From an uncultured Bordetella sp. (GTDB taxonomy: Bacteria > Pseudomonadota > Gammaproteobacteria > Burkholderiales > SG8-39): a DNA stretch of 64,000 nt. Position 1 is the first letter of the stretch; each line of letters starts with the position of its first letter. The notes beneath the pieces were generated by a model that made no database searches, was not told where the DNA came from, and saw only the letters and a list, made by a program, of their open reading frames with translations. Below, piece after piece: positions 24,444 to 33,234 of the stretch. The DNA is taken from contig CAZZDV010000001.1 in the NCBI GenBank assembly GCA_964652785.1, positions 116 to 64,115 on the forward strand, read 5' to 3'. Made by a program: the position numbers and the translations under genes.

Positions 24444-25390
24444 CAGGTCAGCGCCTGAACCGCGGCCAGCGCATCTCCTGCGGCTGGGGCCTTTCCGGGC
24501 CCACCGAGATTCAGCATCGGCCCGCTGCCGTGCAATCCCGTCAGCCTCGGGTCCGAACCGCAGAATAATCCAACAACGGGAATCTTCAACGCAGCAGCCA
24601 GATGCGACAAGCCGGTGTCGACGCCCACGACCGCATGCGAAGAGCCGATCACACTGGCGAGTTCGGCAAGCGACAACGACCGCGGCACGATGCCGGAGCC
24701 GGCCATGCCAACGATTCTTTGACAGCGTGCCAGCTCTGCATCGCTGCCCCATGGGAGAACGCTTTCATTTCCGGAGGATGCAAGTCCGCGGACAAGCTCA
24801 ACCCACCGCTCTTCGGGCCACAGCTTGTCCGAACGGCTAGTCATGCTCAACAGCACGCAGAAAGGTGAGCGCACTGTCAGGGGACTCGCAGTTTGCGGCA
24901 CGAGCCCATAGTCGCAGGTCTCGCCGGGACGGATTCCGAGCGCTGCGGCCGACAACGCGCGGTTTCTATCGACTGCATGCTGTTCGCGCGTAACGAGGTG
25001 GCATACGTCATAGAATCGGCTGGCGACCGCCTCGCGTGCGCTCAATGCGTCGAACCCGTGCGTGGCTCCGTGCGCCTGCGAAGTAATCAGCGCGCTCTTC
25101 AGAAGGCCTTGCGTGTCGATGACGCGATCATACGTTTGCGCACGGAGCGCGCGCCGGAAAGCGGCAATCTCCGACCAGACCGAGCGGTGGGTCAATTGGC
25201 GTCGCCATCGCCGGATCCCGACCTGGATGATGCGCCCGACTGCCGGATGCATCTGCGCAATCTCAGCAAATGGTTCCTCGACCACCCAGTCGATCGACGC
25301 TTCCGGGAACCTGAGCCGGGCGTCGCTGACCGCCGGACAATTGTGAATCACGTCACCAAGCGAAGATGTTTTGACAAACAGGATTCGCAT
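24443..25390 (-). CDS. waaC: ADP-heptose:LPS heptosyltransferase I (GT9)
   Basis: ORF 24443..25654. Typical start MRILFVKTSSLGDVIHNCPAVSD at ATG 25390. Confidence 0.8.
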   Translation of the reverse strand: MRILFVKTSSLGDVIHNCPAVSDARLRFPEASIDWVVEEPFAEIAQMHPAVGRIIQVGIRRWRRQLTHRSVWSEIAAFRRALRAQTYDRVIDTQGLLKSALITSQAHGATHGFDALSAREAVASRFYDVCHLVTREQHAVDRNRALSAAALGIRPGETCDYGLVPQTASPLTVRSPFCVLLSMTSRSDKLWPEERWVELVRGLASSGNESVLPWGSDAELARCQRIVGMAGSGIVPRSLSLAELASVIGSSHAVVGVDTGLSHLAAALKIPVVGLFCGSDPRLTGLHGSGPMLNLGGPGKAPAAGDALAAVQALT

Positions 25391-25493
25391 GACGCCAAGG
25401 GCAAGAAGGAATCGCCGCGGGCCGCCCGGGGCCGGACCCGAGCGTGGGATAAAATGCGGCTTGCAGGTTCGCACGATTATACGGGATAACTCC

Positions 25494-26267
25494 TTGACCG
25501 ATCCCACCCGCCCCGCGCTCTCGGCCGTGGTCATCACGAAGAATGCCGCAGCGAAGCTGGAAGGATGCCTCGCGTCCCTGGGTTTTTGCGACGAGATCGT
25601 GGTTGTCGATTCCGGCAGCACGGACCCCACGCTGGAGATCGCGCGCCGGTTCAATGCGCGCGTGATCGAAAAGGAGTGGCTCGGGTTCGGGTTGCAAAAG
25701 CAATTCGCGGTCGATCAGGCGCGCAACGATTGGGTACTTTGCATCGACGCCGATGAGTTTGTTTCTCCCCGGCTCGCCTCGAGCATTTCCAAGGCGCTTT
25801 CCGGTCCTGCTGCCCCCGTGTTCCGGATGCCGCGGCGCAATCGCTTCCTGGGCAAGTGGCTCCGCTATGGCGAAGGCTATCCGGACTGGAGCCTGCGGCT
25901 GTTCGATCGCCGCTCTGCGCGCTGGAGCGATGACCCGGTGCATGAGAAGGTGCTTTACGCGGTCACTCCCGGCTCGCTGGAAGGGGACCTCATGCACGAA
26001 TCCGGCGAGAGCCTGCGCGACTACATGGACAAGCAGAACCGGTACACCACGCTCGCCGCGCAGCAACTCTTCGATCGCGGAAAGTCGGCGAGCCTCTTCC
26101 AGCTGATTGCCAGCCCGCTCGTTCGTTTCGTAAAGCTGTATTTTTTCAGGCTGGGCATGCTAGACGGCTTGCCTGGGTTGACGCATGTAACGATCGGCTG
26201 CATGAACAGCTTCATGAAGTATGCGAAGCTTGCCGAGTTGCACAGACTGCGCAGCGGATCGGCCTGA
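25494..26267 (+). CDS. LPS core glycosyltransferase, family 2 (WaaE/KdtX-like)
   Basis: ORF 25371..26267. LSAVVITKNAAAKLEGCL...DEIVVVDSGSTDPTLEIA...WLGFGLQKQFA...DWVLCIDADEF resembles WaaE/KdtX. I prefer the in-frame TTG at 25494 (about 257 aa) because ATG 25371 would overlap the divergent waaC start. The start is uncertain. Confidence 0.75.
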   Translation: MTDPTRPALSAVVITKNAAAKLEGCLASLGFCDEIVVVDSGSTDPTLEIARRFNARVIEKEWLGFGLQKQFAVDQARNDWVLCIDADEFVSPRLASSISKALSGPAAPVFRMPRRNRFLGKWLRYGEGYPDWSLRLFDRRSARWSDDPVHEKVLYAVTPGSLEGDLMHESGESLRDYMDKQNRYTTLAAQQLFDRGKSASLFQLIASPLVRFVKLYFFRLGMLDGLPGLTHVTIGCMNSFMKYAKLAELHRLRSGSA

Positions 26268-27112
26268 TGAACCTGCGTTCGAAAGTCAGGCAGCTGCGGC
26301 TGTATCTGAAATCGAAGTCACTTTTCAGTGCGCACCTCGCCACACCGTCGATCGCTTGGCGGTTGCCTTTCTTGCCCGGCAGCACGCACGTGGAGTTGAC
26401 CACCACTTCCGGCCGAACGTTCAGGATGCTTGCCCGCCATTGGCCATTGCTACCCAGTGCCTGCCGTCTCCAGAACATCGGAGCCACGTTCGAGTTTCTC
26501 GACGATGCAAAACGCATTGAGGTCGACGGCCTGATTCTCTATTCGCCCCTTTGGAGCCGCGAGGAGGCCAGCTATTACCGGGAAGTCCTGATCGACGATG
26601 CATACCAGGTCAAGAACCGGAACCTCAGTGGCCGCACGGTCGTGGACGTTGGGGCTTATGTGGGCGACAGCGCAATTGCGTACGCGCGGCAAGGCGCGTT
26701 CGTTCACGCGTTCGAGCCTTCCATCGCTTTTTGCGGATTCATTCGGCGGAACCTTGCGGCGAACCGGCTCGAATCGAACGTCCGCCTCCATGAAGTGGGG
26801 CTTGCGGAGCGCGAGGAGGAGGTCATTTCGAGGAATGACCGGCTGATTCTCGTCGAGGGAGTTGACTACATCCTTGAACACCTCCCTCGAAACATCGACA
26901 TTCTCAAGCTGGACTGCGAAGGATCCGAGTACCATCTACTCGCGGACACCCGGTTCCTGGGCCACCTGAGACCACGGGAAATCCGGATGGAGTATCACCG
27001 TGGCGCGAGCGCGATCGCGTCGCATTTGCGCGAAGCCGGATATTCTCTGAAGTTCTACTCCGACGACAACCCAGTGGGGTTGCTATACGCGCGCAGGAAT
27101 GACGACTCATGA
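26267..27112 (+). CDS. FkbM family SAM-dependent methyltransferase
   Basis: 281 aa. VVDVGAYVGDSAIAYARQGAFVHAFEPS is an FkbM-type motif. Its ATG overlaps the upstream TGA by 1 nt. Confidence 0.75.
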   Translation: MNLRSKVRQLRLYLKSKSLFSAHLATPSIAWRLPFLPGSTHVELTTTSGRTFRMLARHWPLLPSACRLQNIGATFEFLDDAKRIEVDGLILYSPLWSREEASYYREVLIDDAYQVKNRNLSGRTVVDVGAYVGDSAIAYARQGAFVHAFEPSIAFCGFIRRNLAANRLESNVRLHEVGLAEREEEVISRNDRLILVEGVDYILEHLPRNIDILKLDCEGSEYHLLADTRFLGHLRPREIRMEYHRGASAIASHLREAGYSLKFYSDDNPVGLLYARRNDDS

Positions 27113-27711
27113 TGAGCATTCTCTCCTCGAAGGATCTAACCGATTTCCACGACGCATGCCACGCGCAGGCCAATTGGGCAAAGCGCGGTGCGGTGCGCCA
27201 CGACGCCGGCGTGTGGCAGGTGATCGAGCTCAATCATCGCTTCAATTGCCTCTTGTGGGATCAAGAAGACCTGGCCAGGAGGAAGCAGGTCCCGGATGCC
27301 GAGATCGCAGGCAACAAGCGCGCGATCGACGGTTTCAACCAGAAGCGAAATGACGCCATCGAGCGGATCGATGAGACATTGCTTGGACTGCTGACTGTTG
27401 CGGTCGTCAAACCCGGGGCACAGCTGAATTCGGAAACGGCAGGTTCGATGGTGGATCGGCTATCGATCCTAAGCCTCAAGATCCACCACATGAGGCTGCA
27501 GACGGTGCGAACCGATGTCGACCAGGCACACCTTGAAAGCTGCTCCACGCGGCTGACCCGGTTCCTCGAGCAGCAGCGAGACCTCGCAGGATGTCTCGAC
27601 AGGCTGCTCGCCGAGTCCTTGCGAGGGGATGCGTTCTTCAGGGTCTATCGCCAGTTCAAGATGTACAACGATCCGAAGCTGAATCCGGCGGTCTACGGGG
27701 AAAAAGCCTAG
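27109..27711 (+). CDS. DUF4254-like protein of unknown function
   Basis: 200 aa, soluble. Contains EDxxR (WDQEDLARR) and NxxR (NQKRNDAIERID), motifs I recall for DUF4254. ATGA overlap with the FkbM gene. Confidence 0.55.
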   Translation: MMSILSSKDLTDFHDACHAQANWAKRGAVRHDAGVWQVIELNHRFNCLLWDQEDLARRKQVPDAEIAGNKRAIDGFNQKRNDAIERIDETLLGLLTVAVVKPGAQLNSETAGSMVDRLSILSLKIHHMRLQTVRTDVDQAHLESCSTRLTRFLEQQRDLAGCLDRLLAESLRGDAFFRVYRQFKMYNDPKLNPAVYGEKA

Positions 27712-28724
27712 CGGATCATTTCTGCGACCCTGCCCAGCACGAGTTCGTCAGGCAGCTCGCCGACGCTCGTTCGGGCTTCAAGATAGTTTGCGTTTGCGCC
27801 TCTGGGCGCCCATTGAACCGGGCTGGGCGACACGTCGGTCTCGGCAAAAAACCCGAGCACCCCCCCAGGACTGGCCGCGGCAAAATGCATGAGGCCGCTA
27901 TCGGGAAAGAGGCTGGCGCGCGCACCCCAGATCAAGCCCAGCGCTTCCAGGATCGGTCCGCGGAAAGGGTGGATGTAAGGAATTTTTCGATCGAGCACCG
28001 GCTGCGCAACCTCGTCATCTCCCGGATATAGGGGATTGTCGGAACTCCCCGGTGTCCAGATAAACACCGTGTCCAGCCCAAGCGACTGCTTGAAATGGGC
28101 GCACCACCGCAGGATCTGCTCGGTGGAGGGCTGCTTCTTGGGGCGCCGTGCTCCCAACCCCAGCACGACGTACTCCCGGGATTGAAGGCCGTTTCGTTCC
28201 ATCCACCGCCGTGCGAACACGGCGGCATTCTCCGGCAGGAGATACTTGGGTAAGGGCGTCTCGGAGGTCGCGTCGATCCCGATTGGGCCGAGCATGGCCA
28301 GCATCCGCTCTGACTCGTGCAAGTCGTTTCGGAGCGGCAAGGGATCGGAGAGCCGGGGATACCGCGATGGATCGTTGCAATACGCGATGCACCTGGCGCC
28401 ATGCGCTGCGAGACCACGCGTTGTGGCGCGGGGCGAATCCTCACCATTCGCGACGATGACCCAGTCGAAGCGCGCACGCCTGAGGGCGAAGTCCTGAATG
28501 ACGTGGTCGAAGGCGGCAGTCAGCCGCACCCGCCCGGCGTGACGGACCCGCCGTGAGACCCACAGGCGATCGATGTCCGTATTGCCAGAAACGACCCAAG
28601 CGTTGTAGTCCGTGGCGAGGAGGTGTATTTCGGCGCCCGGCAGCTTTTCCTTGAGGCGCTCGAGCATCGGGGTGGCAAGGAGAAGGTCTCCCAGCTTGTC
28701 ACGCTTGATGACTAGTATTTTCAT
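27708..28724 (-). CDS. Glycosyltransferase family 9 (heptosyltransferase-like)
   Basis: 338 aa with MKILVIKRDKLGDLLLATPMLERLK, a GT9 N-terminus. Confidence 0.8.
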   Translation of the reverse strand: MKILVIKRDKLGDLLLATPMLERLKEKLPGAEIHLLATDYNAWVVSGNTDIDRLWVSRRVRHAGRVRLTAAFDHVIQDFALRRARFDWVIVANGEDSPRATTRGLAAHGARCIAYCNDPSRYPRLSDPLPLRNDLHESERMLAMLGPIGIDATSETPLPKYLLPENAAVFARRWMERNGLQSREYVVLGLGARRPKKQPSTEQILRWCAHFKQSLGLDTVFIWTPGSSDNPLYPGDDEVAQPVLDRKIPYIHPFRGPILEALGLIWGARASLFPDSGLMHFAAASPGGVLGFFAETDVSPSPVQWAPRGANANYLEARTSVGELPDELVLGRVAEMIR

Positions 28725-29745
28725 GCAGTGCGATTTCGGTCAGCCTTTCAGGCGGGAAGGCGCGCAACGGGCAATTCACGGGCACCGGAGCCAGGGAAAC
28801 GGCGCGTTCAGCGTGCCCGAAGCCACGGACGGCGCCTTCAATACAGGCAGGCGATTCGCACGACTTCTCTTCGCAATGCGCCGTGCCAAGCACCATGAGC
28901 CGGATTCCACGGGCGTTTTCCTGGGCAGGCATCATGTTTTTCCAGGGTTGCGTTGGTCCGTAGAACACGGTGGCCGGAACGCTCATCGCGGCCGCAAGGT
29001 GATAGAGGCCAGTGTCGGTGCAATAGACATGCGCGAGATCGGAGAAACCGCGAAGCAGGTCCTCGAGCTCAGGGAAATAGTAGAACTCCGCCCCCTTGGG
29101 CAAGCCCGCCGCTTCCAGTTCCGCACAGCCCCTGTCGGATGCGTTGACGAACACCTTGATAGGCGCGCCGGGATGACGAATCGCGATCGAGTGCAAAAGT
29201 TGCGCAAGAGTGTCCGGCGACATGATGCGCCTTGGCTCATCGGCCAAAGGGGCGACTCCGATTGCCGCCGGCGCCTCAGATCGCCTCATGGCGACACTGG
29301 GCACATGAAGGCGATCCGGCTGAGGCAGTGCCGGTTCGAACAATCTCGCCACCCGCCACATTGGCTCGGACTGGAGGCGATCGGGGGAGAGGTCAGCAAA
29401 TTCCGGGAAGAGCGCACCAAACCTGTTGTCGAGGTAGATTTTTCTTCTGGCGCGAACCAGACGGCCGATCCATTTGATTGGGTTGCCGAAGCCCCAAATG
29501 ACCAGCAGCGCATCGAAAGCTGGCTCGAACCAAAGCTTGAGCAGCAGCGCGAGCAAGCCAAGACGGCTGGAGAATCCCAGTACGCGCACGCCTTTTTCCC
29601 CCGCGAGGAGCGCAGCGTAGCCGCTTCGCGTGAGCAGGGTCACGTCATCTTCCGGGAACGCATCCAAATACCGGCGCACGGTAGCGAAGGCCACCAGAGT
29701 GTCGCCGAGCTTGCCGCGAATCACGAAGAGAACTCTGCGTGGCAT
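28699..29745 (-). CDS. Glycosyltransferase family 9 (heptosyltransferase-like) with a Cys-rich C-terminus
   Basis: 348 aa. VLFVIRGKLGDTLVAFATV is GT9-like. C-terminal HCEEKSCESPAC cluster. Overlaps the downstream GT9 gene by 26 nt. Confidence 0.8.
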   Translation of the reverse strand: MPRRVLFVIRGKLGDTLVAFATVRRYLDAFPEDDVTLLTRSGYAALLAGEKGVRVLGFSSRLGLLALLLKLWFEPAFDALLVIWGFGNPIKWIGRLVRARRKIYLDNRFGALFPEFADLSPDRLQSEPMWRVARLFEPALPQPDRLHVPSVAMRRSEAPAAIGVAPLADEPRRIMSPDTLAQLLHSIAIRHPGAPIKVFVNASDRGCAELEAAGLPKGAEFYYFPELEDLLRGFSDLAHVYCTDTGLYHLAAAMSVPATVFYGPTQPWKNMMPAQENARGIRLMVLGTAHCEEKSCESPACIEGAVRGFGHAERAVSLAPVPVNCPLRAFPPERLTEIALHENTSHQA

Positions 29746-29753
29746 GGAGTCGG

Positions 29754-29767
29754 GCGATTATAATCGC
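29754..29767. promoter_or_regulatory. Perfect palindrome GCGATTATAATCGC (reads TATAAT on both strands) in a divergent intergenic region
   Basis: A 14-bp palindrome lying 9 nt from the GT9 ATG (29745) and about 28 nt from the ligase start (29795). It is a candidate shared -10 element or operator. Confidence 0.3.
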
Positions 29768-29794
29768 TCCACTCAAGCAACCCTCCAATGATAC

Positions 29795-31072
29795 GTGTTG
29801 CTCACAACTGCGGCCCAGCGAGTCCCTGACCGATCAACTCGTCTATTTCAATTCGAAGCGTTTGCGATCTGTGCTTTCGCTTTTGTGCTGCCGCAGTTCG
29901 AAGCGCCCAAGAACGTTCTTTGGATCGTGTATGTCGCATTTTGGGTTGCGAACCGGTGGCGAGCTCAGGATTTCGGAGGTCGCTGGGATGGCTGGGATTC
30001 GCTTTTCGCCGTGTGGATTGCCTCGGCCTACCTTTCCGCGACGTTTGCGGGGCTGCACGACAAAGAATGGAAGTCGGCTTTCGACGTGGCGCGCTACGGA
30101 ATCATCCTGTGCCTGATGCGGCGCTCGCGGTATGACGAAAACACCTTGCGGAGGATCCTTGCCTGCCTGGTACTGGGTACGCTTGCGGCACTCGTTTACG
30201 GGTACTACGGCTTGCTTTTCGTCCCGAGGGCCGATGGGCAACCCCGCAACCTCGGTCTCAACTCAGTCGGCCACGTAAACCATAGCGCGATCTATCTCGC
30301 GATCGCTTTTGCAGCGGCCCTGGCCTGGGTGCGAGGTTCGTGGCGGAAGGAAACCTGCAGGCATCGAACCCTGGGGCTCGCCGTCTGCACTGCGTTCGTT
30401 TTGTCCATCTTCGTCATGCAAAGCCGCGCGACTGTGGGCGTCGCGCTCCTAGTGGGCTTCGTGCTGCTTGCGGTTTACGCTTTTCGCTCAGGGAAGCGGC
30501 TGTGGAAAGTTCTTGCCGGAGCGATCGTCGTCGTAATGGTCCTGTTGATCGCAAGGCCCGAAGTCGTGGAGAAAAACGCCCTCCGAATGAAGGAGGACAA
30601 TCTGCTCGCTTTTCGCGATCGCATCTGGCGAACCGGCCTCGAAGCCTGGAGCCAGTTTCCGGCTTTCGGCGTCGGAATGGGCAACTACGGGCGAATCAGT
30701 CACGCAAGGCTGGAGCAGTGGAGCAAAGATCGTGGCAATGCATTCGATCGTACGCTCGTCATGCCGCAGGCGCATGCGCACAATCTCTACATCAATACCG
30801 CGGCCGAGCGAGGTGCGTTCGGATTGCTGGTCCTGCTCGCAGTGCTCGCGGCCTGGGTCGGTTCGCTGTTCCGCGCAGTGCCGGCAACCGGCGACAGCGC
30901 GGTGCGCTGGGCGTATTGGGGGGGGGCTTTAGGAGCGTGGCTCGTCGCGGTTCTTGTAGGGCTGGTCAACACTACGATGCACCATGAGCATGCCCTCATC
31001 AGCGCAATGCTGCTTGGTGGTTGGCTTGCACTTGCGCGAGTGCCACGCCAGGCACAGGCCGCCCCTCCCTGA
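29795..31072 (+). CDS. waaL: O-antigen ligase family protein (Wzy_C domain)
   Basis: 425 aa polytopic membrane protein. A periplasmic-loop region with HAHNLYINTAAERG is typical of the O-antigen ligase/Wzy_C domain. The GTG start is uncertain. Confidence 0.75.
   Translation: MLLTTAAQRVPDRSTRLFQFEAFAICAFAFVLPQFEAPKNVLWIVYVAFWVANRWRAQDFGGRWDGWDSLFAVWIASAYLSATFAGLHDKEWKSAFDVARYGIILCLMRRSRYDENTLRRILACLVLGTLAALVYGYYGLLFVPRADGQPRNLGLNSVGHVNHSAIYLAIAFAAALAWVRGSWRKETCRHRTLGLAVCTAFVLSIFVMQSRATVGVALLVGFVLLAVYAFRSGKRLWKVLAGAIVVVMVLLIARPEVVEKNALRMKEDNLLAFRDRIWRTGLEAWSQFPAFGVGMGNYGRISHARLEQWSKDRGNAFDRTLVMPQAHAHNLYINTAAERGAFGLLVLLAVLAAWVGSLFRAVPATGDSAVRWAYWGGALGAWLVAVLVGLVNTTMHHEHALISAMLLGGWLALARVPRQAQAAPP
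30918..30926 (+). repeat. G9 homopolymer tract inside the O-antigen ligase CDS
   Basis: Nine consecutive G bases (codons TGG GGG GGG GCT = W G G A, around residue 375 of 425). It is the longest mononucleotide run I found in the window. Confidence 0.9.
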
Positions 31073-31078
31073 GCTGTC

Positions 31079-32239
31079 ATGCGTATTCACCAGATAAACC
31101 TGCAGCCCACGGTTGGCGGCGGCGAAGTTTACACGCGGTGGTTTACCCGCGCGCTCGTGGAAGCAGGAGCAAGCGTGACCCTGTACGTAAACCCCGCGAA
31201 TCGATTTTGGGACGCGCTGTCCGCTGAGCGTATTGAAGTGGTGCGCGTGAGCGAACCACTTCAAATTGCCAATCGACTGCCTGCGCAAGGTGCGGTCCTC
31301 GTGACCCAAAGCCGAATGCCCGACTCATTTGTCGGATTGGCCGCCGGGCGGCATCAATTGACCGGGTTTGCCCATATGCCGATGCTCGGCCGGAGCGCAG
31401 GCGAGTTTGCGCGTTACTCGACCGTCTTCACGGTTTCGAACTATTGCATCGAGCTGCTTCGCAACGCGGGCGTCCCACAGGTCTATCCCGAGCCGCTTTA
31501 CGGAACGTACGAACTGGAGCGCGACCTTGCCCACGCGCCCGCAAACGAGCGTGCGATTCGGGCAAGCTCGCCCTACCACTGGGACAATCGAAAAGGTCGC
31601 GACCGGCTGCTTTCCGTGCTCGAGCCGCTTGCGCAGTCTGTTCGTGCGCCCGGGATATTTGTGAGAAAGCCCGGGATAACGTTGGGAGTCGTTTCCCTCC
31701 TCTCTCCCATCAAGCAGTTTCCGCTCCTCTTCTCCCATCTCGCGCCAAGAATTGCGCGCTTCCCCCAAGTCCACATCGAGATTTTCGGCAATGGCGGCTA
31801 CGCGCAAGTCCGGGACATTCGGAAATCGTTAGCGCCACTGATCGACAGGGTCCGGTTTTGGGGATATCAGCGAGACGTGGCATCCGTCTATCCGCAACTC
31901 GACTACCTTTTGGCCGGGCTACCGGAGAAAGAGGCCTTGGGCCTCAACGTGCTCGAATCCCAGGCCGCGGGTACACCTGTCCTTGCGCCAGGATCACCCC
32001 CGTTTACCGAGACCATGGTGCACGGGGCAAGCGGATTCCTGTATCGAGACCCGCGCGAGGACGGCGGGGAGGAGTTCGAGTCTGTGTTGACCAGCGTGAT
32101 TGAAGGCCGGCTCAAGCCCGATCTTGGTGTGGCGACCGGTCATCTGCGGAAGTTTTCTTACGCCGCAATGGTCCAGCGCGCGCATGGTGTGATCGAACAC
32201 TTGCGCGCCACAAGCACGACGAACTCGCTCAATCGATGA
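31079..32239 (+). CDS. Glycosyltransferase family 4 (GT-B, group 1)
   Basis: 386 aa with the C-terminal motif EALGLNVLESQAAGTPVLA...E (E-X7-E type). Confidence 0.8.
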   Translation: MRIHQINLQPTVGGGEVYTRWFTRALVEAGASVTLYVNPANRFWDALSAERIEVVRVSEPLQIANRLPAQGAVLVTQSRMPDSFVGLAAGRHQLTGFAHMPMLGRSAGEFARYSTVFTVSNYCIELLRNAGVPQVYPEPLYGTYELERDLAHAPANERAIRASSPYHWDNRKGRDRLLSVLEPLAQSVRAPGIFVRKPGITLGVVSLLSPIKQFPLLFSHLAPRIARFPQVHIEIFGNGGYAQVRDIRKSLAPLIDRVRFWGYQRDVASVYPQLDYLLAGLPEKEALGLNVLESQAAGTPVLAPGSPPFTETMVHGASGFLYRDPREDGGEEFESVLTSVIEGRLKPDLGVATGHLRKFSYAAMVQRAHGVIEHLRATSTTNSLNR

Positions 32240-33234
32240 CCGATCCCAAGAGAATTCTTGTCATTCGTCGAGACAACATTGGCGACCTGGTATGCACCAC
32301 GCCGTTGCTTGCAGCGCTTAGGACGCGGTTCCCTGAATCCCGTCTCGGCGTCCTGGCCAATAGCTACAACGCACCGGTTCTCGCCGACAACCCCGACATT
32401 GATGACCTTCATGTCTATCGCAAGCTAAAGCATCTAGGAGCCCAAGGTGGAGTCCTCACAGCCCTTGGCCAGCGACTATCGATGCTGTGGGATTTGCGCC
32501 GGAGGAGACTGGACCTGGTCGTAGTCGCGGCGGGGATCCAGGACGAGCGTGGCGCAAGACTTGCGAAATTGCTCCATCCCCATGAGATCCTCTTTTCAGA
32601 CAAACCGACTCCAGGCCAGCACGAAGTCGCGCGCACTTTCTCGGCCGCCCGCCAACTTGGCATTACCAGTCCGATTCCTCCGGTGCGCGTCGTCGCGGAC
32701 CAAGCGAACGTCGCGCGGGCACGTAAGCAAATTGCGCGAGAGAGTCCAGGCCCCCCTTGCAAGCTTGTCGGTTTACATATCAGCGCGCGGCGGATTGCGC
32801 AGCGTTGGCCGGTCGAAAGATTTGCTGATTTTGCGATTGCCCTTCAAGAAGGACTCGGCGCGGCGACCATGCTTTTCTGGTCGCCGGGCGAAACGGACGA
32901 TGCACAGCATCCCGGTGACGATCGCAAGGCGAAGGCGATTCAGGACCTTGTGGCTGGAAAGGCGAGGCTCATTCTCTGGCGGACTACAGAACTGGGAGCG
33001 CTGATGGGGGGCCTCGAGGCATGCGACGCAGTCGTCTGCAGTGACGGAGGTGCCATGCATATCGCAGCCGGCCTTGGAAAGCGCATCGCATGCTTTTTCG
33101 GGGATTCCGATGTGGCTCGATGGCGGCCCTGGGGCGTGCCCCACAGGGTGCTTCAGGCCACAAGCGGACGGGTTGAAGATATAGAGACGAAAGACGCGCT
33201 AGAAGCGACCGCTCAGTTGTTAGGTCGAGTCTGA
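32236..33234 (+). CDS. Glycosyltransferase family 9 (heptosyltransferase-like)
   Basis: 332 aa. RILVIRRDNIGDLVCTTPLLAAL. Paralogous in layout to 27708..28724. ATGA overlap with the upstream GT4 gene. Confidence 0.8.
   Translation: MTDPKRILVIRRDNIGDLVCTTPLLAALRTRFPESRLGVLANSYNAPVLADNPDIDDLHVYRKLKHLGAQGGVLTALGQRLSMLWDLRRRRLDLVVVAAGIQDERGARLAKLLHPHEILFSDKPTPGQHEVARTFSAARQLGITSPIPPVRVVADQANVARARKQIARESPGPPCKLVGLHISARRIAQRWPVERFADFAIALQEGLGAATMLFWSPGETDDAQHPGDDRKAKAIQDLVAGKARLILWRTTELGALMGGLEACDAVVCSDGGAMHIAAGLGKRIACFFGDSDVARWRPWGVPHRVLQATSGRVEDIETKDALEATAQLLGRV

Noticed and set aside
24444-24752. Long N-terminal extensions of waaA (to 24752), waaC (to 25654), aceB (to 6301), thiC (to 15659), btuB (to 60480) and rmlA (to 49770) in the ORF track
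   Set aside because: The extensions overlap upstream genes or the riboswitch leaders and are Arg-rich. Internal Met codons give family-typical N-termini, so the shorter models were used.
27860-27866. Other homopolymer runs as phase-variation candidates: C7 at 27860-27866, G7 at 39162-39168, G7 at 11484-11490
   Set aside because: Runs of 7 arising from Gly or Pro codon pairs are expected in GC-rich coding DNA. Only the G9 run in the ligase gene stands out.
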